From NCBI GenBank assembly GCA_965202585.1, contig OZ241834.1, positions 20,770,001 through 20,834,000 on the forward strand: DNA of 64,000 nt, in the 5' to 3' direction. Positions 1 to 12,683 of the stretch are shown piece by piece. The position numbers and the translations under genes are program-made. Position 1 is the stretch's first letter, and each line of letters starts with the position of its first letter. The notes beneath the pieces are model-generated. The model was not told the DNA's origin. It worked only from the letters and a program-made list of their open reading frames with translations, and ran no database searches. The stretch is from Thalia democratica (taxonomy: Eukaryota).

Positions 1-504
1 AAGTAGTTTTTCTCTTAAGTACAAACTTTTGAGCCAAAAAATTGTGTTCGAAATGTAATTTAGTCTGGTATTTCTTATACACGCACTTTTCGGCTGTGTT
101 CAAAATAGTTTACAGGGCTTGAGAAAATAAGTTACTGTTGTTTTCTTATAAGCCCAGTGAAGTGTATAAAAATACTTAAATATTAAAAAGCCTTGTGTAA
201 TCAGTAATCAATTCTGTTTAAATATGAATTGTTTTGAAACTTTTAGGGTAGTGGTGGACAACTTTTGTAGTCAGCGATTCATATTTACTAAAAAATCATT
301 TCTTGTTTCAACTCGTTTAAAAAATGTAATTGCGGGCTGCATAATTTACAAAAATAACATGTAGAAAACTAAAAGACTTGAGCATAATTGTAATAAAATG
401 ATTTACTATTATTGTGATCTAGGAAATACTAAAGTAACTAAAAACCAAATTGAAAGTGTATTTCAAAATCATAAACATCAAAAAACTAAATTTTAATTAT
501 TTTG

Positions 505-603
505 CCCCAAATAAGCCCCCTTTCGCCCCCTAACTAATTATCGCCCCCCGAAATACTAAAATCGCCCCCAGGGGGGCGATATCGCCCACTTTGGGAAACC
601 CTG
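505..603. mobile_element. Right end of a hAT-type non-autonomous element (left end not found in window)
   Basis: Repeated CGCCCCC subterminal motifs ending in CCCACTTTGGGAAACCCTG, the same terminus as the complete TSD-flanked MITE at 14007-14261. Confidence 0.55.
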
Positions 604-1414
604 ATCTAAATCTTTAAAAGTTTATTAAAGTATGGACATATTAACAGGCACAAAATTCATATACAAACCTTTAAAAAAAAAAAAAACTTTAGTAAAACTA
701 CTAAATAAATTTGATAAATAACGGTTTAAAGTATTTTTTAGTACTATAAAAAACAATAAAGTAACTGTATTAAAGCACTTTCATAGGGTTTTATTTCAAT
801 AACTATTTTCTATTTTTGAAGACATCAAAGTTTTATCTTAGCTAAAACCCTTCATTTCTCCTTCCGTCAAGTGTCATAACTTTTGTTATAGGTGGTTTTT
901 TAAGTTTAGTTGAAGCTTAAAGTCTAGAATATTGGCTTTAATCAACAAATTTTCATACAGAAATACGAAAAAAAATAATATTTTGAACTTACAGTTGTGT
1001 AACCACTGTGTTATACTGATATTAAAGAACATCAACAAACAAAAATATATAGCTAATGTATCAGGCTATAGTTTTAATTATAATTTGAAGCTCTGCAAAA
1101 CGAAAAAAAATTAGTTACAAATTTACAAAATTAAATTTTTTTGTAATATAAGTTAGACTAATTTATTTTTCAGTAGTTTTTATATATAAGTTTTATTACT
1201 GACAGTTTGTCTGTAACAGTTGCTATCTGCATAACTTGTACAAGGTAAAATCGTGAATTTAAATTTTAAAAAGCCTTATTTTAAATATGTAATTTTCAAA
1301 AAAAATTAATAATATTTATTATTCATTAAACTGAACTTAATTCTTTTTTAGTTAATTTAAAAAGCCTTACACATCTATAATAACCTGACTTAGTTTTTAT
1401 ATGTACACAATAAA

Positions 1415-1507
1415 GACGCTCAAAATATTTGGTTCTAGGCCCTGGTGCACAAAGAACCTTTCGGTTATCGAGTCGCACACCACGGGTACCTTTTAACGTC
1501 TTGTCCA
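1415..1507 (-). repeat. Dispersed ~90 bp repeat (SINE-like fragment), copy 1
   Basis: Reverse complement aligns with 15222-15312 (GTGGTGTGCGACTC...AAAGGTTCTT.GTGCACCAGG); weaker copies at ~16700-16770 and ~22971-23035. SINE origin is inference. Confidence 0.6.
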
Positions 1508-2548
1508 GGACTATAAACTATTATTAAACGCATGTTTTAAAAACAATAAAAGTTAAATACTTCCAAAAGTTTATAAAAGTCTTTTAGTAACTAATAGTAA
1601 ACTGTATGTTAAGATTTTATTAATTTTTTAACAATATTTGATAAAATATTTCCATTAAAAAACAAAAACGAATTGAAAATCCAGCTTGCGTACATTGTCT
1701 AGTATCTATTAATTATAAAATTCTACCGAACCAATGGTCTACATAGGTTCAAAAATTTAAGAGAAACATTAAAAAAAAATTTAACAGTATGTACAACTGC
1801 TCTAATCAGGCATAACAAATAAATATTAAATTTCAATATTTTGAGATACTAATAATAATCTCGATATCGAGTCTCGAAGTAAGTTATCTTGAAATGGTTA
1901 TTTGGTAAATATAAAGCTACTAAAATTAAAGTAGTAAATATATTAAATTTTTATTTAAGTTTATTAATAAATATCTTTCAAATACATTTTTTTGTTGAGT
2001 TTCTTTTTATCTGTCTTCTTTTTCTCTTGATAAAACTTTTTAATGATTACAGCGGAAACTTAAAAATAGTCTTATTTTAGAAAAAAAAAATGAATATAAA
2101 CTATGTTTAAAATCAATGAAACAGCTTGAAACATTTTTAAAATACTTTGAAAATAAGCTTGAGAAAACAAAATAAAGTAAAAGGCAAAATCTAGAACAAC
2201 CAAGTTAGAATACAAACTTTAAAGACAAAAAATCCGGACTCTGATAAAATATTACTAAAAGCAAATACAAAAAAAAAACATCAGAATTTGAAATTCATTT
2301 AAATAAAAGTTAATAAAATAAATAATTTTATCCTTAAAATTGATCATACAGCTTAAAACATAAGTTTAATTACTTTAAAAAACTAGTGTTGAAAACAGAA
2401 TAAAACTAACAATGGTAAGGTATATACTTGAAGTTCAAACTTTTATAAACATTTTTTTTTCCTAAATGACAAAGATATCAAATATATACAAACGACCAAA
2501 ATAATGCGATTATTTTGATAATAAAAGCTGCTATAGATACGTCATAAG

Positions 2549-2640
2549 AAAGTGCTATTTTTTAATGACGTCACAATGCACACCAACAAACTGTAGATTA
2601 CTGCATCAGAATAGGTTAAGTTGCTCAACGTTGTCAAGTT
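2549..2640 (+). promoter_or_regulatory. Putative snRNA-type proximal promoter of U3 copy 1
   Basis: AAGTGCT, TGACGTCACAATG and TGTAGAT..CTGCAT.AGAATA blocks shared with the upstream region of the second U3 gene; TGACGTCA begins 75 nt before the U3 start in both (2566 vs 2641; 47777 vs 47852). Confidence 0.6.
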
Positions 2641-2837
2641 AAGATCATACTTTTAGGGATCATTTCTAAAGTGTGTGTCTCACGAACGTTATTTAACAAT
2701 GACGGTCAACCTCTCACGATGATGAATTGTAGAGCGGTTCTTCTGAGCAGGAAAATGACTTCAACTTGCTGAATGTCGTAATGACTGTTCCACTGTTGTC
2801 AAGGCAACAGTGGAGGGGAATCTCTCTTTCTGAGTGA
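2641..2837 (+). ncRNA. U3: U3 snoRNA gene, copy 1
   Basis: 5' AAGATCATACTTTTAGGGATCATTTCT matches U3 box A'/box A; box C' (GATGATGA), box B (CTGAGC), terminal box D (TCTGAGTG); ~197 nt; near-identical copy at 47852-48047. Confidence 0.88.
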
Positions 2838-4009
2838 TCAACAGTAAGCCTAAAGTGGCGTTTTTATTAACCATATCTATAATTGATTGCTAATAAAGAA
2901 ATGTTGTTACAATTATAAACTGCTTAATTGTAAAATTCAAAATAATTAATAAAAGTGATAAAGCAAATTTCTAAACTATCATCTTAAGTGTAAAAGCTTT
3001 GATATTTTTAAGCCGGTAGAAATAATATTTTAAGATTTTATATATTAAAATAGCAAGATACTTTAGATAATTAGATAAAATAAAATAACTTTAAAAAATT
3101 GTTAGTTAGGTTAAACATTAATATATTTTATAATATTCAGTTCCATTAGAAAAAATACAAAGAATTTTTTTTTGAAAATGTTTAAGTCAAAAGTTAATGC
3201 TGCTAGTAATAAAATAAATTACTTAAAACAAACTAAATTTTAACTATTGAAAACTTTATAAATGCACCTATTAGAATAAATTTTAAAATAAGTTTAAGTG
3301 TAGCTACAGCTTAATGCTCAAACTTTTTTTTAACTTAAAAATTCAAAATACAAATTACTAGATAGTTTCAAATGCAAACTAACCGTGTTTATATAAATGA
3401 AGTGAAAACTTTCTAATTAATGAAATTAAGATAAAAACTTATCAGGCAAAAAATAAGTTTAAGAAATAAAAGTTTTACATGATCAAAAATAGTTAAGCAT
3501 ACTTTTTAATCGAATATTTATTTTTCAATAATTAAGAAATATTTATTGCTAACTTATTGTGTTTAAATCCTTTACCTATACAAATACTTTACGATAGAGT
3601 TTTTTATAAGTATTTATTTTTACAAATTTTAGTTTTTACAATAAAGAACAAGATATTTGAGTTTAAGTAATGTTTTGCGTGTATCAAATACAGCTGCATT
3701 TTAAAAAAGAAACTTAATTGTTTAAAGTTTAAAAGTCTTTAATCAAAAAAATATTTCAACTTGTAATTTTTATTATACTTTTTCAAGTATTTGAAACCTA
3801 ATTTTGTAAGGTAATTTTTTTAAATCCTGTATTCGCTCAAACGAATATTTTAATACATACTTTTAGTTTAAAGTTTTAGCAACAAAAGCTTGAAGCATTA
3901 TACACAACAGTATCTAGTCTTCAAAAAGTGTTTTGTAAGGGATTTTTTACTTTATAGCAAATACTTAAAATGATGTGACGTAACAAAAAACCCTTTTGTT
4001 GAATAGCTT

Positions 4010-4262
4010 ATCTGAAGCTCGATATCAAAAGTTTTGACATTTCTTTTTCAACTTGTTGTGTTAACTTTTGAGCTACACACGTTTAAAAGTTTTAAAGATG
4101 ATGTTTCACCAACATTAAGCTATTGCTTCAACACCTTTTGTTGAAATATTGATTGTTGTTACAGCTTGTATTTGACCTTTTATGTACTTTATTAAGAATA
4201 ATGTAATTACTTTTGACAAGCTTTGAGTCTTTTAAGGTTTTATAAGTTTTTTGTTAGCTTTT
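4010..4262. repeat. Dispersed repeat; uninterrupted homolog of the sequence split by the PLE insertion at 36.5-44.5 kb
   Basis: Aligns with 36355-36558 and continues without a break into 44453-44520 (AATGTAATTACTTTTGACAAGCTTTGAGTC vs CATGAAATTACTATTGACAAGTTTTAAGTC). Confidence 0.8.
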
Positions 4263-4590
4263 TTTTGATAATTTTTAAAATTTAAGCTTGACCGAATAGT
4301 ATGTTTCAGTTATTCTAATGAAATATAATTAGTTGAATTTTTTTTCTTCTACAACTGTTACAAAACAGTCATAAATTTAAAGCTGTAAAAGTTACAAATG
4401 AGACGCGGTAACTTTAAAAAAATTTTTTTATGCTTTATTTGATTAACTTAATTCTTTAAACAATTGTTAAAGTTTTATCTTCTATTCTAGTACTTCGACT
4501 GTTATAAAGACAAACTTATAGTAGAAAATGTAATACAAAAAAAAATCACCAATGCTTTTAATTTAATGTTTACAAAATAATTTGTAAATT

Positions 4591-7072
4591 ATGCAGCTCT
4601 TTACTAATGCACAGATAAAAGGTAAGTTTTTATTTTTTGTAGAAAATAAAAACTAAGTTTTTAATTGTCTTTATAAAATTTCAGCGTCGATCATTTTGTT
4701 AACAATAACAACATGAAAAACATTTTCAAGTACTTTAAGAGATAGTAGTTTTTATTTGCAGATTTCAAGTTTACATTTGAGTTAATGAAAACCTCCGATG
4801 GATTTTTAGATGTTAAAGACGTTAGAATGACTGTTCTTGGATTGGGGTTTAAGCCGATTAATAGTGAGCTTGATGTATGTTTTCAATAGGTGTGAATAGT
4901 TTTACCTTTTTTTCAAGTCTCAAACTTTGTAGTTTTGATGCAAATTTAACAAGGTCTAGTGTATACGTTTGTATTTTTTTTTTAGAAGTATCGAAAACTT
5001 AAATTTAAAACCGATCTTCAAGTTTAATTAAGTAGTATATTATTTTGTTGTTGTAGTGTTCGATAACTTTAATTAAATTATAGTTGCCAAATGAATTAAT
5101 TTAAAAATACTTACTCACTTTAATGATATTTTTGTATAAGCAAAATAAATTTACAGGCTAGAGTTTGATAAATACTTTTAGTAGTAAAAACTTTATTTTA
5201 AGTTGATTTCGAGGCTTATAAAAAATAATTATTTAAACTTTAACTTTTTAATGTTTAGACTTTATATTTCTCGCTTAACTTCATTTATTCTATAAATAAA
5301 TCATGCTACTAAGTAGGAGCTGTTTTTACAAATATCAAGAACTAACATTAGCACTCTCAATCTAAACTGGATAACTTAACAGTTTCTTAGAATATATAAC
5401 TTAGAATAAATAGTATGCTAAATTTTTAGATGCATATAGACCTTTTGAAGCACAACAACATATACAAGCTAGACTTTAAAAGCTTTGTTGAATTGCTCGA
5501 AAAGTTTTACAAAACAGCGGTGAACATAGAAGACGAAATAGTTGAAGTTTTTGAGATGTTTGACAAGGTTCATAATTTTATACACAATAAAAAAAAACAA
5601 CTTGTAAAAATTTGAATTAAAATCATTTTCACTACTTATACAAAAGTTCAAATTAAACATTAGTGAAATAGAAAAAAAATATCAGATAAATAAACTGAAC
5701 TAGCTTCTAAGGAAACCTCTATTTTTTTTTATATTATATTGACACAAAGGAAAGAGACGGTGTACTGACAAGTGATGACTTCAGACACATGATGGACAAC
5801 ATTGGACAGGACAAACTGACCACTGAAGAAGTGGAAGAAATGCTGAAAGTTGCCGATGTCGACGGTGACGGGGAAATAACCTATCAAGGTACTTAATTTG
5901 AATTATTGTTGCAAATATACTCTAGTTTCACTTGGTAAAGTTTTTTCAATTTTTTTTTAACATAGTTCGGAATGATGTTAGTCGCGGGTCAAATTTTCGA
6001 TAATAAATAATAATATGGGCCGCATTTTAAAAAATAACTGTAGTACCTTTCCTAATGTTATTACCTTAAACCGTATATGTGATAAAAAAAGCAATTATAA
6101 TGCCTAAGTAATTTTTTAATTTAAAATTTAGAGACTATTTTAATATTTTTACCAGCAAAAAAGTTCTTTTTAATTTTTGATAAAGAATATTTTTAGATGC
6201 AAAGTATACCACAAACCGCAGATTTTTGCTTAGCGAACTGCAGTTTGCAGATCCTTAGTTTAGAATTTACAAAATAATATTATAAAATCTTACATTATAA
6301 TCAAACAACAAAAGATTTAACTTATAAACTTAGTTTATAAACTTAATATAATATTTATTTACCTGTTTAAAGAAACTACGTTAAAGCTCTATTTAAGTTT
6401 TATACTTAAAAATTTTTAATAAAATGTTGTTGCTTCAAAAACCAGATAAACTTAAAAAATTGGAATCAAAGTGTGAGTGCATTTTCTTAATAATCAATTA
6501 CGATAGTTTTGTGTTTCAAATTAAAAGTTGCTTTTTCTTGAAGTTTATACTTACTAACATAGGTAAAACATAGCTCAGAGTTTTTATTTATATAAACCGA
6601 TAGAAAAGTTTTCTAGTAAAATAATGTATTTCTTAATTTTGATATTTCAACTAAAAATTTTGTTTCAAATAATTTTTTTTTTATTAAAGTGAATAGTAAA
6701 AAAATAAAAAAAAGAAAAGCTGAATAATACTTAAAAAATTCATAATTCATGTTTTATTCAAGCTTTTAATCAACTATTTTAAACTAATGTGTGTACATTG
6801 AACAATTACCGTTCTTAAATTAGGTAGCAGTATAAATTAAATTAAAACTTGTTGCACATTTATTATTTATAACCACTTAATTATTTTATTATGTAACTAT
6901 TCAAAAAATTAATTTTTTATCTAAAAAAATAGAAAACAACTTTTATCTACAAAAGGAATAGTTTACCCTTATTTTTGCAACAAATTAAATTTTTGTATAT
7001 TGTTAAAGTTTAATAGCTAAAGTTGTTTACAGAAATATTAATTTTTCAGAGTTCCGAAGAATGATGCTTTGA
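4591..7072 (+). CDS. Divergent calmodulin-like EF-hand protein, 5 exons (4591-4621, 4762-4874, 5430-5567, 5750-5888, 7050-7072), ~147 aa
   Basis: Phase-consistent GT-AG joins give [48 protein letters not shown]|MHIDLL...EVFEMFDK|[46 protein letters not shown]|EFRRMML*; calmodulin length and C-lobe similarity; canonical EF4 loop [12 protein letters not shown]. Confidence 0.82.
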
Positions 7073-7500
7073 AACAGAAAAAAAATACAGATGATTATAA
7101 CACTAAATATTTGTAAATAATACTTAGTTTGTTTCCGTTTTGAAAAAATTTATTATCATTTAATGTAAATTACAGTTTTAATTTTGATAAATGTTTATTT
7201 TACAAGAAAATTTCAAGTTAAATCTAAAAAATATATTAATAATTTATCTTATAACTAAATAAGCAAGTTTATTCAAAAATTATTTTATGTAGAACAGAAG
7301 ATTTTTTTTTTAACTTAAAAAACTAACTTAACACAAAAAATAATGACTCATATTATAAAGTACAACTTTATGACAAAGTACATTTTGTGATTAAACGAGC
7401 TACTTGATAGAAAATAATAAATGAAGTAGAAAAACAAAATAATTTTTCAAACTACGAACATAGTTGTTTACTTATAATCAGGTACAAATAAGATAACATT

Positions 7501-7971
7501 CTTAAAGTCTTGTAAAAGTTTAATATATTTTTCTATTTGTCGTCAGAAATATACAGTATAAACGAAACATGAAAGTACAAAAAGTTTATCACTCAAATCA
7601 ACAACATTTGTACTATAAAAGTGATCAATAAGTGTAATAAATAATCGATGTAAACAAATTATTACACTAAACTTAAAAACAAACTTAGAAACAAAATGAT
7701 TAACTCAAGTACATAAAGAAACTTTATTCTTAATTTGTTTTTGTTCAAACAATTCTGTTTTTTTTTAATTAAAAAAAGCTTCAAGTTTTTGTTGCTGAAA
7801 TATAATTTAATATATTCTAATTACAAAAAAATTATCGAGTACCTAGATTTAAAATTATTACAACTTAAGATTTAATTTAGTTTAAAACTAATAATACTTT
7901 TATGATCAGTTTCTACTATACGTTTCTGACGACAAGTAGGTAAATAGATTAAATTGTTACAAAAGTTTAAG
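7501..7971. mobile_element. Degenerate MITE with ~70 bp imperfect TIRs (CTTAAAG termini, Kolobok-like)
   Basis: 7501-7575 resembles the reverse complement of 7900-7971, core TTGTCGTCAGAAA / TTTCTGACGACAA. Superfamily is inference. Confidence 0.45.
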
Positions 7972-8984
7972 AATTTTGTTTTATTTGTACTGAAATGAAG
8001 TATATTTTGTTTTAATAAAAACAACTTTATCCAACAACTAATCACTATTTAAGTAAAACAAAAAGTGGTTTATATAACCAATAAACAACAGTTTTAATTT
8101 TTGAAGCTAATCAGTCTGAAAAATATATTTCGTTTGTTAAACTTTTTTGATAAATATTTAATTTGAAAATCGAGATTTAAACAAACGAAAGATCTCCTTA
8201 AGTATTTAGTTTTTAGAAATGACACATATATATTTAAACATTATTTATCATTTTAAACAATTTTGGTTTTAAAATTACCAAAAGCTGTTTAAGTCTTCTC
8301 TGAAAAAGACAGACCACCTGCAATGCATAGTATTCATCCTAATTATTAAGTAGAAACTAAGTGATCTATACTTGAGACTTTTAACTCTTCAATTTGTAGT
8401 TATTTAGATAAACTTTATCGTGATTTATAACATCAATTTAAATTGGTCAACGTAGATTTAATGGTCATAGCATCAACTAAGGGTCAGTAGCCTTATATAA
8501 AAAACGGGCAAAAAAAGTAGGTCGCGGTTTGCAGTTTTTAGAAATACTTTTTTTTAACAGTAAAAAGTATATTAAATTAAAAATGTGATAAAAATACAGT
8601 ATTAAAGAACTAGTAAATGATATGTTTAATAAATTAAGCTAAATTTTTGAAGAATGTCTGATTAGTAAGATTGTGGTAGTAAAAAAATACTATTTTTTTG
8701 TAAATACTAATAGAAATAACTGGCAACAACTTTGAAATATCAAAACTTCAATTGTCCATATCTGAATAGTCGTTCACCGCAAACAAAAATAGCTACTTAA
8801 CAAAATTCTAAACTAAGTAACTTTAATCTATTATTAGCTGAAAACTTAAAAGGTAATTATGTACAAAATCTTTTTCTAAGTTTTTATTAATTCGAAATTT
8901 AAACAAATTTTAAAATCGTTGAAAATTATTTCAATCTTAGTTCCATATAACTTTTCTATTTTTTCGGGGGAATTTTTAACTAAA

Positions 8985-10045
8985 ATCCATCGTAAATTAA
9001 ATTCAGAAGCATTATATGTTCCGTGGGCATCTTTTGGTCCAGTCAAGCAGAAGTTAGGAGTTTTAACGGGTATGGTGAAGCGTTTCACCTGACTTTGTTC
9101 TCTTTGCTTTCTTGAAGGCGAGTTGAAAACACTTCAAAACACTTTCCTTTCCCTTGGTTATCCAGGTAACTTAGTTTCGAAAGTTATAACAAGAGCTGAA
9201 GTTCAACAGCTTTAAAAATGATTGGCCCTCAGAAGTGTCCGGTATACTTAAAACTTCCTTACCTTGAAAATATTTCTGAGAGGTTTTCTAAGAAAATTTC
9301 AGAGGAAATAAACCAAGTTTTCAGCTCTGTTCACTTAAGAACAGTTTTGTATACTGATCGACCTCTAAGTGGAATTTACAAAGATGTTTCTCCCACCCAT
9401 GAAAAAAGTAACATCATCTATAAATTTAGTTGTCACTGTGGTAGTGACTACGTGGGAAAAACATCTCAAAGGTTTCATGTAAGAATCGATCAGCATGTTC
9501 CGAAAGTCTTGAAAACCTTGTTTGATGGCCGTTCTGAGAAACCAACGAAAAAATAGTTCTCGGCGATTGGGCAACATTTGTTGGACAATCCTGAGTGTGT
9601 TAAAAATTATAAAAAGGACAATTTTTCAGTCTTAGTAAGAGGGGAGAACTATTTTCAATTGCATATTTTTGGAAGCCTTATGTATTCAATCTTTAAGGCT
9701 TAGTTTATGTAAGCAGAAAAAGTTCGTACACCAAACTAGACTTTTCAAATCTTTGTATTAGTAATTTTAAAGTAATTAGTTTCTTGTTAAATTTTAATTT
9801 TAAATAAAGTTTTAATTTTAATTTTTTTCGCTTGTTTATTTAGATTGTTTTAATTCTAACGAGTTTTATTAGTATACCAAATTTATTTAGCACAAGCACG
9901 TTTTTAATTTTTAACATTTGATTATTACGTCATTTTATATCTTGAAACTTAAAACTTCAGTATGATTTTATTTCAATTTGTTTTTATTCCAATTCAGTAA
10001 GGAACTATTTCTGATGAGCCTTACCACGAAAGTACTAAAATAAAT
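8985..10045 (+). mobile_element. 5'-truncated, decayed Penelope-like retroelement (different family from the 36-44 kb element)
   Basis: RT-thumb remnant (ALYVPWASFGPVKQKLGVL...LGYP) with stops, GIY-YIG motif IIYKFSCHCGSDYVGKTSQRFHVRIDQH in ORF 9218-9556, SAIGQHL after a stop, then a hammerhead-like motif in the 3' UTR. Confidence 0.8.
10006..10042 (+). ncRNA. Minimal type I hammerhead ribozyme motif, partly decayed
   Basis: TATTT-CTGATGAG-ccttacca-CGAAA-GTAC-TA-AAATA: canonical core, 5-bp stem I, palindromic AGTACT stem III as in PLE minimal hammerheads; stem II weak. Confidence 0.6.
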
Positions 10046-10858
10046 TTAAAGAAAATGAAATGTACTCTGTTATATTTTTTAAACAAGTTATGCACCGGAA
10101 AAAAGCTGTTCAAATATAATTTTTCAAAAAATAATTGTTTTAGCAAATGCTAAAAGTTCAGTGTCTTTTATTTTAGCCAAAATAGTTTTTTTTATGCTTT
10201 ATTTTTGTACAAATAAATTAGTTTAAAAGCTTGAAATTAATTAAATAACATTAACTCTCCATTACTGTTAACACTAAAGTAAATTCATAGTATTTACTAT
10301 TTTTTTTAATAAACTTAGGTACTAATTCTAACTTTATAGCGTTTCACAACTTTAAATCAATAACAGTATAACCAAAGCTAGTGTTTTGTATTTTACTTTA
10401 ACGAGATTTGTTTACCTCTACTTTTTAAATTAGTGTAAATATTTTAGCATAAGTTAATGTTTTTTTAAGTGTATTTAAAGCAAATTAATTATGTTTTAAG
10501 TTTTTTAAACTACATTATATAAAGATTTTTTTCTTAGTATTGTGTTTTTTATAATATTCTCAGGTAATATTTAACTTTATTTTCTTTTACTCATTAAAAA
10601 AAATAAATGATACAACTTTTTTTAAGGTAAAATTTCACAAGTTTGAATAAAACATAAATAAGATTTTTTATATGCCTTATTAAGTAAAATTTTCTATTTT
10701 AGAACATATTAAAATTAAAGTAGATCTTTCAATACTAATAAACTATTATCATCTTTACGAAACAACTGTAAAGCTAAAGCAGAAAAGCAACACTGATAAC
10801 AATTCTATATTTGATCAAGAGAATTTAGAAAACTTATAAACTTCTTGGGAAAAGAAAA

Positions 10859-12683
10859 CTAGGCTCCTTCAATTTCGCACGAGCCTAAATGTTGCCCTGT
10901 AACGCAATCGTCAATTTCGAACATCTCACTTACTGGGTTGGCGAACACACATTTCTCCCGCCCATCCTGCCTATAGTTTTTCAAATTCTTAACTGAAAAC
11001 AGGGTGTTTTCCTGGTCCAGGTCGAAAAAATTCCCATCGTCATAAAACTGCCATTTGTCTGACACTCCATAGTTTTTTAGTCCCACCCAGACGCCTTCGT
11101 CGAAATCATTTTGCGATTTCATCGTTTTAGTTATTTGCCTAAGATAAAAAGTGACGTCACCAAATAAATAAAGTTGTTTGTGATCAAGGTTTTCAAAAAC
11201 TGTGTCATGGTTTTAAAAGAAGCTTTTAGGAACTAGTAGTTGGCACTGAGGTTATGAAAATAGCAGGAGTAAATTTATAAACAGTTTTGGTTGCATATTA
11301 TTAAAATGTTTTTCGTTGAGGAGTTTAGTATTTGAAGTTTAGAATAAACTTTATTTCCATTTTAAAATATAAATTACTGTTTTATTATTTAATGCTACTA
11401 AACCTTTGCATTTAAATTAAAACATTAAAAAAAACTAACAGATTTATAAAACTATTTTGTTGAAATAAAATTGGTCCTTGCTCTATTATAAGTTTATTAC
11501 TTTATTTTAAACATAAAAAATAAACAAACAAATTTCTCTTGTACATAGTATTATAACATATATAATAAAGCAAAATTCAACACAAATATATGATAGTATA
11601 TATTAAAACGCATAATAACATAATTTTAAGTAATTTTAGTAAATGAGTTAAAATATTAAATTAAGAAAAGTTTAATTTAAGCTTAACATTTTTAGCAAAA
11701 ATAATTTAATATATTCACTGCTTTTAAAAGGGCATTTGATTAAAAAATATCAAATATTTGTTTCATATTTATAAAATCAGTAAGTTTCTGTTAAACCTTT
11801 ACATTATTAAAAATAAGTTCAGCAATATAAAAAATAACTTAAAAGTTAAACTAACTCATAACGACTCAATCCATCTTTGCCTAGATTATTCTTTAAAAAG
11901 CGTCCATTTTCTATGGAACATAATTCGATAAATGAGTTGTAATGGTTTGACGGCGATAAAATTTTTAGCTTGAATTGTTTCACTGTTAAAAATATTAGTT
12001 GTTTTTTAAATCAAATTGTTGATTTAAACATTGTACACATTTGTAACGTTTTATGATACCTAACTCATTTTCAACCTAATAAACCACTAGACATACTTCT
12101 TATATTACCTTACGACTTCAGCTTATACTTTTTAAACAGAACGTAAACTTTAATGGATTTCTTGTTTATACTGAAATATTTAAGTGTAATAACTTTAGGC
12201 AATCATAAAAAAATCAATTTTAAAAGACCTATTTTCAAAGGTTTAATTAAATAGTTTTTTTATACTTCAAATTCGAATTATACTTGTACTTTTAATTTCA
12301 CAAAATCATATGTTTTTACTATTTAAGAAAAATTTGAAAACAAATGCTAACAAAGTATCAGAGCTCTCAAATAGCAGTAATTGCTTAAAACAAATTAATA
12401 TGATAATCTGAGTAATTAAAAACTCAAACATGCCCTTTCTATTTTACACAAGCAGATCATACTCGCTTTGCTATAAGTTTTTAATTTTTTTTAGATGTAA
12501 CAAAAAAAAACATTATTTGAATCACCTAAAAAATATAAAAAACTATTTTAAACCTAATTTAACTTTAAACAAACCATCATGGTGGCTGCTGGAATTCACT
12601 GCGATTATAACCACGATCACACCAATAGCAATTGCAGAAGCTACTGCGAATTTTTTCTTACTTTTGCTAGTAGACTCTACCAT
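10859..12683 (-). CDS. Type II transmembrane C-type lectin-like protein, 3 exons (12683-12575, 11982-11856, 11138-10859)
   Basis: Phase-consistent joins: basic KSKKK then hydrophobic FAVASAIAIGVIVVIIAV; CTLD with four Cys (ELCSI, EKCVF, DDCVT, GSCE) and VWVGL motif. Start may be further upstream (ATG 12764 or another exon). Confidence 0.72.

Noticed and set aside
932-2080. Short AT-rich ORFs here and similar 60-110 aa ORFs elsewhere, including those antisense to CCT5, GTPase and PLE exons
   Set aside because: Low-complexity K/N/I/F/L composition or shadow frames of real exons; several begin at non-ATG codons.
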